A stretch of 61,907 bases of DNA from Theionarchaea archaeon (lineage in GTDB: Archaea > Methanobacteriota_B > Thermococci > Methanofastidiosales > SZ-28-30): assembly GCA_018992565.1 (NCBI GenBank), contig JACVGW010000007.1, forward strand, positions 1 through 61,907, read 5' to 3'. Of this stretch, positions 55,470 through 61,907 are shown one piece after another (position 1 is the stretch's first letter; the number at the start of each line of letters is the position of its first letter). Made by a program: the position numbers and the translations under genes. Under the pieces are notes generated by a model that searched no databases, was not told the origin of the DNA, and saw only the letters and a list, made by a program, of their open reading frames with translations.

Positions 55470-56123
55470 CTATTGAACTAAATCAAGTATCTTCTTCTGT
55501 TGTTCCTGCGCTATCTTGTCGACCGCTGCTTCACTTCCCGAAATGATAATTATTGTCCTGCCAGCCTTATTAATGGTGATCAGTTCTCCTGAGTCAATTG
55601 CCTCCGAGGTCAGAGTTCCTTTAGGCTTTTCCGACCTGATTAACTGCTGGATAGCGTCAGGGAAGACTGTTGCTCCATAATTTGTTCCGACAGGCAGAGT
55701 GACACGAGAGCCGACAACAATGACCTCTCGAGCAAGCAAGTAGCGTGAATAATTATCTGTAATTGACACTCGGACTCCACCTGACTCCAGGTACGCTCCT
55801 AGATCCTGAGCAGCTTCTGTATGATCCGGACCTGCCAGGATGATCACTGGAGAAATTGCGTAGAAGACCATGGTCCAGATCACTAACCAGGACAGCAGCG
55901 ATGACCACGCGCCCCCCAGAGCTGATCTGGGGCGACTTTCTCCCAGTTTTTCGAGCTTTACACCAATCAGAGGATATAGATATGTCGTAGCATACAGAAT
56001 TACCACATACAAGAACAGAATCACCGTGTTGGGAACACCCAAAATACTCAGAAGAGCGGAAAAAATCCCCAACAATCCACCTATCAGCATATACAACAGC
56101 GATACCTTGGTTTTATCTTCCAT
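55470..56123 (-). CDS. Polytopic membrane protein with C-terminal soluble domain
   Basis: About 4 hydrophobic helices, then VIILAGPDHTEAAQDL...RTIIIISGSEAAVDKIAQ, reminiscent of the S-layer C-terminal LILVGGP..AN motif. Confidence 0.65.
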   Translation of the reverse strand: MEDKTKVSLLYMLIGGLLGIFSALLSILGVPNTVILFLYVVILYATTYLYPLIGVKLEKLGESRPRSALGGAWSSLLSWLVIWTMVFYAISPVIILAGPDHTEAAQDLGAYLESGGVRVSITDNYSRYLLAREVIVVGSRVTLPVGTNYGATVFPDAIQQLIRSEKPKGTLTSEAIDSGELITINKAGRTIIIISGSEAAVDKIAQEQQKKILDLVQ

Positions 56124-56421
56124 ATCAATGGTGTCTTTATTTAGTTTAAAAAGGTTTTGCAGTTTTTGTAGGGAACATGTGTTATACAGTGGATGAATCA
56201 GCTGGTGTCACTATCTGAGCTATCTCATTGCCCCTCTCTCTGAGGATCGTCCGCTGCGTAGTAGAAAGGAACATTCGAAACTCGGTGGACAAAAACAGAC
56301 TATCCCTGAGAGATATAGTAATATTATATAAGAGATGGTTCCAGGGTGGACTATGGGGCTTCACGATCACGGCACAGGAGCCTTGAGCCGGTGAGCTTTT
56401 AAGCTGCTATTCCTTCTGGAA

Positions 56422-56889
56422 GTGATGAGAATTGATGTTGATGTCTACTTCATGAAAATTGCCCGGCTGGTTTCTGAACGATCTACCTGCGTCAAGCAGC
56501 AAGTTGGTGCTGTCCTCGTGAAAGACAACCACATCATCGCCACAGGATATAATGGAGCACCGAAGGGAATTCCCCACTGCACCATTGATACCTGTCTGCG
56601 GCTGAACTCCAAGTCTCTCGAGGAATCACATCATTGCCGGGGTGTACATGCAGAACAGAATACCATTGTGCAAGCTGCATTCCATGGGACCTCTACTGAA
56701 AATTCTGTCATCTATACTACTCATTTCCCCTGTATGAGTTGTACAAAGATCTTGATCAATGCAGGAGTGAAAGAAATCATCTATGAAGAAGAATACGATA
56801 TGGATAACGAAGTAAAGATGCGCCTCCTCCAAGATGCAGGGATCAGAATGCGACAAGTTACAATCACTCAACAAGAACAGGAGCCTTAA
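56422..56889 (+). CDS. dCMP deaminase (CMP/dCMP zinc deaminase family)
   Basis: YFMKIARLVSERSTC, GYNGAP, HAEQNTI, PCMSCTKILINAG. Confidence 0.9.
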   Translation: MMRIDVDVYFMKIARLVSERSTCVKQQVGAVLVKDNHIIATGYNGAPKGIPHCTIDTCLRLNSKSLEESHHCRGVHAEQNTIVQAAFHGTSTENSVIYTTHFPCMSCTKILINAGVKEIIYEEEYDMDNEVKMRLLQDAGIRMRQVTITQQEQEP

Positions 56890-57121
56890 GAAGAGGAATG
56901 AAGTCTCAAAGAGTCCACAGGTTGGTACCCATGTCCTCTGGTCTCTGGCTCCTCCAACCTGGAAGACTTCCTATTCCCATGCCAATTAAGTGACCAATCT
57001 CTCTAAGGATTAAGCCTTGTATTTGGGTTGTTTTCCAAATCAGACATATAAATGAAATAAGACAGCTGAGCTTCATTGCCAAACTCCAAACATTTATAAG
57101 TGGTTGTGCTACAGTCCACCT

Positions 57122-57886
57122 ATGATTGACTGTACCTTTTTTGTAGAGGCACAGAGTAATAGTAGTATGGTAGTAGAGAGTTCTCTCCGTGAACTACTCA
57201 CTGATGTGGAAAACCACGCTACTGTCATCAAATCCAAGTTTGAAGAGATTACTGAACATGAAGTTGAAGGAACTCGATATTACTCGGGCATTTTGCAGAT
57301 CAGGCTGAAGACTGATTTCAGAACATATATTAACCTCTGTATGCGCCTTACTCCAACTGCTATTGATGTTAGTGGAAGCTCTCTGTCACTTGAACCCAGA
57401 GAGCTCCTGCCTGTATTCGGAGATATCTCATCCCACATCAGAAAGCTTAGCCAGAAACTTGGAATAGCAATCCAGCACGCTGGTAGTAAATTCCAGGAAG
57501 CTCCTGGCCTGGATCCTGATCTCATTGATGAGACCATAAATTACGGGGGCGTCCTCATGAAAATGGTTTTTGAAGGCCGTTCAGACACCGAGGAAAGGCT
57601 GAAGGAAACAGTCATGGAAGCTGTCAACTCAGCAGGAGCATACATTAACAAGATGAACTCAAGAAGAACAGAAGGTCCCGATTGGACCGGCGTGGTGGGA
57701 GTAGAAGTACTCTTTGAGGATATTGAAGACGTTTTTCTGGCTGTGGTCAGACTTATTCCCGTTGCCATGAGCATTGTAGAACCTGATACGATTTCATTGT
57801 CCTTGCGGGATATTCAGAATATCGGTATGGATGTATCTGAAGTAGTACATAGCTTTGTATCTGAGTCAATTGCAAGACACATGTAA
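57122..57886 (+). CDS. Hypothetical protein built from two homologous ~115-aa halves
   Basis: ATG 57122 inside the track ORF 57104..57886. The halves FFVEAQS...RLTPTAIDVSGSSLSLEPREL and MKMVFEGRS...RLIPVAMSIVEPDTISLSLRDI align by eye. Confidence 0.55.
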   Translation: MIDCTFFVEAQSNSSMVVESSLRELLTDVENHATVIKSKFEEITEHEVEGTRYYSGILQIRLKTDFRTYINLCMRLTPTAIDVSGSSLSLEPRELLPVFGDISSHIRKLSQKLGIAIQHAGSKFQEAPGLDPDLIDETINYGGVLMKMVFEGRSDTEERLKETVMEAVNSAGAYINKMNSRRTEGPDWTGVVGVEVLFEDIEDVFLAVVRLIPVAMSIVEPDTISLSLRDIQNIGMDVSEVVHSFVSESIARHM

Positions 57887-57945
57887 GACAAATGTCGGAT
57901 TCTGAGAGTCATTGATTAGTTTTATTGGTTAGCAATACCGAAAAG

Positions 57946-57953
57946 CTTATATA
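57946..57953 (+). promoter_or_regulatory. TATA box candidate (cttatata) for the first S-layer gene
   Basis: It is preceded by the purine-rich ccgaaaag and lies about 80 nt upstream of the ATG at 58033, which has the strong SD aggtaggagga. Confidence 0.35.
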
Positions 57954-58032
57954 GTAGCTTGTGTTAATGATATAATAACATACCAGATGGGACCCTAAAC
58001 AAATCACAAAAACAGGTAGGAGGATTATAGAA

Positions 58033-60465
58033 ATGAAGCTTAAAAAAATAGGAGCTGTCTTATTAGGTGCTGCCTTACTAGGTGCCACGCTCTACGGAGC
58101 AGCAGCTGATGTGTACCCGCCCTCAAAAGAGTTTTTCATCAATCCTGATGGAACTCCCGCGTGTACTATTGCAGTGGGCGGAAATGCTGCTGCAATGGAT
58201 GTGGTTTCTGCGTCCATGATTGCTGCCAAGATTGGTTCAATGGCAGTGAGAATTGAGGAAGTGAAACTTCCACCCAAGCGATACACCTCAATGCATCAGG
58301 ACATTCCCCTTTATGACTGGAATGGGAACACATTGTTGAGCGACGAGCGGCTTGGGTACCCTGTGCTGGATGTGCCCGATGCCACCATATACAACAACTG
58401 GGACCAGAATCCCTTTTCACCTCCCACTTCTGGTGTCACTCCAAATCCACCCATCAACTACACATTGACCAGTTTGTGGTGGTTTGATGATCATGATAAT
58501 GGATTGTGGGGAGACCAGGACGGTGTCTTTGATCCCTGGGAGACGCATGAGGAAATCCAGTTCAGATTTGACAACCTAGCAGTCTTCGACCCGTTCTCAG
58601 GTACTACAGTGAGGGATCATTTAGCTGATCTTCTGGGAGGGGACATTGAGTTGTGGAGACCTCCACTACCTCTGGCTATGAACAACATGTTGGTTCCCAG
58701 CCTGATCTACAGAGCAGACAATATCTATGTACCACCTATGATCCAGTGCATCCAGACTAAGAACCACCCCAGTGGCGAACACATTGTGGATTTGGACTTC
58801 GAGTATACTCAGTCATACTATGTGCCAAACCCGGCACATGTCCACTATGATGCACTTCCACAATTCATGTTCTTTGGCGTCCTTCACACAGTAGTGGATG
58901 CTGGACCCGTTGTGGACATTAACCTGAGAACAGGAGAAGTGGGATCCTTAACTGGAACACCATACTTGGTCACTGGAACGCCCACCTACTACTTTGAGGA
59001 GTACCTGTACAAGGATGAACCTGCAGAGTATGGCGACTACACTGTGCTACTGAAAGATGTCGACGTCGACCACAACAAGGCTTGGTTTGAAGTCACAGAT
59101 CCTGATGGTGATGTCAGCAGTTTCTGGATGGTACTAGATCCTGAGCATGGGTTCTCACCGAATTTGCAGCAACAGGGATGGTCTGGTGAAGTCATAGTTA
59201 TCCCTGTTGATATCAATGGTGACGGAATCACTGATGACTACTACTACAACAAGTGGATCGTAGGACGCGCTGAAAACGATGTATGGGGTGACCTGCAGAA
59301 TGAAGGATACAGAGACGACAGAGATGACTACTGGTGGCTGTTCAGTGTACCCATGTTTGTCCTTGATGGAGTCAAAGTGTTTGTGGGAGCCAACGGAACC
59401 ACAGGAATCGAAGTCAAGGTATACACTCTTCAGGACAAGGTGGTATTCTATAACCACGAGTGCTGCATCCCCTTTGTCACAGAACCCAACAACTACCAGC
59501 TGTTCCTGGATGCCTACGAGGCCGGATGGGACACAATATATTACACAGACCCACCTATGGTCTGGGAATATTTGTTCCAGCCACCTGGAACGGGATTATG
59601 GCCACAGGCTGGTCTCAATCTGTGGCAATTAATGGTGCCTCCCGGTAACTACATTGGAAATGGGTTCCTGGACAACAACGATGGACACGTTGGAAATGAG
59701 TTCTATGCTCTCAATGCAATGGGCCAGTACTTCCCAGAAGCCAACGACCTGGATAGAGATGGCAGTGGACCGCTTCTCCCCATTGGATTAAACGACAGTG
59801 ATCCTCTAGTTCCTCAGGGATTAGTATGGGGCTGCGAGTATCCTGCAAATGCATTTGCACCCTATCCAGACATTGAGGATCCAGTAGTGTACAGGACTCT
59901 TTCACAGAATATCATTGGATTCCACTGCCCAGGACAGATCATGGTGGAACTGAATGTGGCCCTTTGTGACATTGTGGAAATGGCAGAATGTCTTACCCGG
60001 TTTGTCTTTTCAGGTCCTAAAGACTACTTCCGCATTGAAATGGATGACATCACCTGGGATGACGATCAAGACGGGGACCCAGACATTTATGGCCTTGGTA
60101 ACGACGGGCTAGATTGGCAAACAGTGATGGAGATAGCAGCAGGTACCTACACCCAAGTAGTTCAAGTGGATATCGACGAAACAGAACTGGTGAAACTGGA
60201 TATCGAGATTGATTCTCTGGACAAACAGAATTTCAATCTGATCCTCGTGGGAGGGCCTGTGGCAAATCAGCTCGCCAAGGAACTGGAAGACCTCTCCATT
60301 CCACCCGACGATGGAAGTCCTGTAGACTGGATGTACACGTCATTGGAAGGTGACTTCAAACTGTACACAGACCCATACGGAACTGGCAAAGATGTTCTCA
60401 TGGTAGCTGGTGCAGACAGAGATGCCACAAGAGCAGCAGCAGAACGACTAATCTCAAAACTGTAG
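58033..60465 (+). CDS. S-layer protein (S_layer_N / S_layer_C type)
   Basis: Signal peptide MKLKKIGAVLLGAALLGATLYGAAA. N-domain motif CTIAVGGNAAAMDVVSASMIAAKIGS. C-terminus FNLILVGGPVANQLAKEL...VLMVAGADRDATRAAAERL. Asp/Trp/Tyr-rich acidic body. Confidence 0.8.
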   Translation: MKLKKIGAVLLGAALLGATLYGAAADVYPPSKEFFINPDGTPACTIAVGGNAAAMDVVSASMIAAKIGSMAVRIEEVKLPPKRYTSMHQDIPLYDWNGNTLLSDERLGYPVLDVPDATIYNNWDQNPFSPPTSGVTPNPPINYTLTSLWWFDDHDNGLWGDQDGVFDPWETHEEIQFRFDNLAVFDPFSGTTVRDHLADLLGGDIELWRPPLPLAMNNMLVPSLIYRADNIYVPPMIQCIQTKNHPSGEHIVDLDFEYTQSYYVPNPAHVHYDALPQFMFFGVLHTVVDAGPVVDINLRTGEVGSLTGTPYLVTGTPTYYFEEYLYKDEPAEYGDYTVLLKDVDVDHNKAWFEVTDPDGDVSSFWMVLDPEHGFSPNLQQQGWSGEVIVIPVDINGDGITDDYYYNKWIVGRAENDVWGDLQNEGYRDDRDDYWWLFSVPMFVLDGVKVFVGANGTTGIEVKVYTLQDKVVFYNHECCIPFVTEPNNYQLFLDAYEAGWDTIYYTDPPMVWEYLFQPPGTGLWPQAGLNLWQLMVPPGNYIGNGFLDNNDGHVGNEFYALNAMGQYFPEANDLDRDGSGPLLPIGLNDSDPLVPQGLVWGCEYPANAFAPYPDIEDPVVYRTLSQNIIGFHCPGQIMVELNVALCDIVEMAECLTRFVFSGPKDYFRIEMDDITWDDDQDGDPDIYGLGNDGLDWQTVMEIAAGTYTQVVQVDIDETELVKLDIEIDSLDKQNFNLILVGGPVANQLAKELEDLSIPPDDGSPVDWMYTSLEGDFKLYTDPYGTGKDVLMVAGADRDATRAAAERLISKL

Positions 60466-60504
60466 AGCTTGAGGCTCTACATCATTTTTTGTTTCATTTT
60501 TTTT
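60462..60504 (+). terminator. Stem-loop (GTAGAGC-ttgag-GCTCTAC) followed by two T-tracts
   Basis: Read directly from the sequence. The stem includes the TAG stop of the S-layer gene, and T6 and T8 runs lie at 60485-60504. Confidence 0.55.
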
Positions 60505-60713
60505 ACATTATCACCTCACCACGGGATCCTCGAGTTAAATATGTCATTTTCCTTTCTTGATCCTGTGAAAATACCCACAAGAGAGAGATGACCCTTTAGA
60601 GTATCTGAGCAGTCAATTGACGAATACGATTTAGACGATCAATAAAGTTTTCCCACTAAAACGGAGGATTTTTCGTAATCTATAGATGATTTGGAGACAC
60701 ATGGGGCGAAAGA

Positions 60714-60721
60714 TTTATATA
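60714..60721 (+). promoter_or_regulatory. Consensus archaeal TATA box tttatata (with upstream gcgaaag) for the second S-layer gene
   Basis: It lies about 130 nt upstream of the ATG at 60850, implying a 5-prime UTR of about 100 nt. Confidence 0.45.
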
Positions 60722-60764
60722 GGCCAACCCAGTTAATAGGATGTGTACCCTTTTGGGAAATGTT

Positions 60765-60825
60765 CGAAATTCTCAGAATTTCGGAGTGGTAGGAATCCAA
60801 TCTACCACCTAGACCAAATGTCTAG
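60765..60825 (+). promoter_or_regulatory. Three consecutive perfect hairpins in the predicted 5-prime UTR of the second S-layer gene
   Basis: CGAAATTC-tca-GAATTTCG (60765-60783), GTGGTAG-9nt-CTACCAC (60786-60808) and CTAGAC-caaat-GTCTAG (60809-60825). They end 10 nt before the SD aggaggaaag. Confidence 0.5.
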
Positions 60826-60849
60826 CTACCCAAATTAGGAGGAAAGAAT

Positions 60850-61907
60850 ATGAAATTAAGAAAGATTGGAGCTGTATTGGCTGGAGCCGCATTACTTGGA
60901 GCCACCCTTGCGGGTGCTGCTGCTCAAGAGGTGCCACCCACTGACTTTTTCGTGGACCCTGAGACAGGACAGCCAAACTGTGTCATTGTGGTAGGCAGCG
61001 GTGCTGCTGCGATGGATGTCGTATCAGCCACCATGTTAGCTGCCAAGATTGGGACAATGACCTTTACAGAGCAAGAAGACGAAGTTACCTTTACCGACAC
61101 ATCTGTTGCTGTACACGAGGATGTCAACCCCATGTTATTTGTCGTTAACTCTGGAACATGGATCAATGTACCAGTGAATGCAGTGCTGTGGGGCCTGGGT
61201 TATCCAACTGTTGATGTTCCTGACGCTGTGCCATACAACGGCTGGGACAACAATGGAACACCCATCAACTACACCCTGAATCCACTGTGGTTCTTTGATG
61301 ACTACGACAATGGATACTGGGGTAACGGTGATCAGCACTTCCAGGCCTGGGAAACTCACGAAGAAATTCAGATCCGCTTTGATGACTTCTACTCAACACA
61401 GGAAGACATGTGGTTAGAATATGCTGACTGCAGAGCCTGCCTGTATGGTGGAGACATCGATCTGTACAACGCATGGAATGGAACACTGGGCAACTTGTGG
61501 GCCTGGTATGCTGTTCCCGGTCTGATCTACAGGGCTGACAACATCTTTGTGCCCCCTTCAATTGTGTGTTACATGGACTACAACCACCCTGCTGGTGTTC
61601 GAATAACTGGACTGGACTACAACAGAGTGCGCGCCTTCCCTGTACCCGACCCATACCTGGTGTACTACGGGATGCTGCCGCAGTTCAAGCTGTTCAACAC
61701 TATCTACACAGTAGTTGACGCTGGTCCAATCCTCGACATGAACGGGAGAACAGGTGCTCTTGGTGACCTGTTCGGAAAGCCTTACCTGGTGGTAGGTGAC
61801 CCCTCCTATGAGCCTCAGATCTACCTGTACAAGCACGAACCCATGGAGTTCGGTGCCTACTCTGTAGAGCTCATGGATGTCGATGTTGACCACAACAAGG
61901 CATGGTT
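60850..61907 (+). CDS. S-layer protein paralog, 3-prime partial (runs off right edge)
   Basis: Own translation: MKLRKIGAVLAGAALLGATLAGAAAQEVPPTDFFVDPETGQPNCVIVVGSGAAAMDVVSATMLAAKIGT...YSVELMDVDVDHNKAW. It is collinear with 58033..60465 and absent from the track because it has no stop. Confidence 0.85.
   Translation, partial: MKLRKIGAVLAGAALLGATLAGAAAQEVPPTDFFVDPETGQPNCVIVVGSGAAAMDVVSATMLAAKIGTMTFTEQEDEVTFTDTSVAVHEDVNPMLFVVNSGTWINVPVNAVLWGLGYPTVDVPDAVPYNGWDNNGTPINYTLNPLWFFDDYDNGYWGNGDQHFQAWETHEEIQIRFDDFYSTQEDMWLEYADCRACLYGGDIDLYNAWNGTLGNLWAWYAVPGLIYRADNIFVPPSIVCYMDYNHPAGVRITGLDYNRVRAFPVPDPYLVYYGMLPQFKLFNTIYTVVDAGPILDMNGRTGALGDLFGKPYLVVGDPSYEPQIYLYKHEPMEFGAYSVELMDVDVDHNKAW

Noticed and set aside
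1-61907. Search by eye for tRNA/rRNA genes (T-loop GTTCGAATC/GTTCAAATC), CRISPR arrays, transposases or integrases, and C/D-box sRNAs in the intergenic regions
   Set aside because: I found no convincing match. A proper tRNAscan/Infernal scan is still needed, especially for 50960-53072, 26102-26718 and 56124-56421.

Overview
Archaeal chromosomal window, about 46-47% GC by eye. Archaeal markers include ABCE1, a NOG1-type GTPase, a Tfx-like HTH protein, an iron-sulfur flavoprotein, S_layer_N/C-type S-layer genes, consensus TATA boxes and oligo-T terminators. Gene density is high, and most of the roughly 50 confident CDSs are housekeeping or accessory metabolism. These include a BMP-family nucleoside-type ABC importer, a phosphohexomutase-family gene next to deoC, nfo, an Fpg-like gene and rpiA. 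Also present are a dCMP deaminase, sucD, an acyl-CoA ligase, a 2-hydroxyacyl-CoA-dehydratase-like trio plus MaoC, and tandem Fe-S aldo/keto reductases with isf. Signalling is represented by a methyltransferase / hybrid histidine kinase / wHTH-STAND-TPR module. A surface-protein block includes a 1263-aa adhesin-like protein and two tandem S-layer paralogs. The most interesting locus is at 3.1-7.9 kb. A 35-aa Cys-rich ORF, too short for the ORF track, sits directly upstream of two radical SAM/SPASM maturase-like genes and a B12-binding radical SAM gene. This looks like an undescribed archaeal radical-SAM RiPP cassette, and it lies between the binding-protein gene and the ATPase gene of the ABC importer operon. 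Secondary signals: a perfect 2 x 318 bp tandem duplication inside the adhesin gene, and a 2.1 kb gene-poor stretch carrying recurrent CTTCAA/TTGAAG hairpins. There are also operator-like palindromes next to TATA boxes, an Fpg homolog lacking the catalytic Pro2, and a decayed third aldo/keto reductase copy. I found no tRNA, rRNA, CRISPR array or transposase by eye. All family assignments rest on motif recognition, not on database searches.
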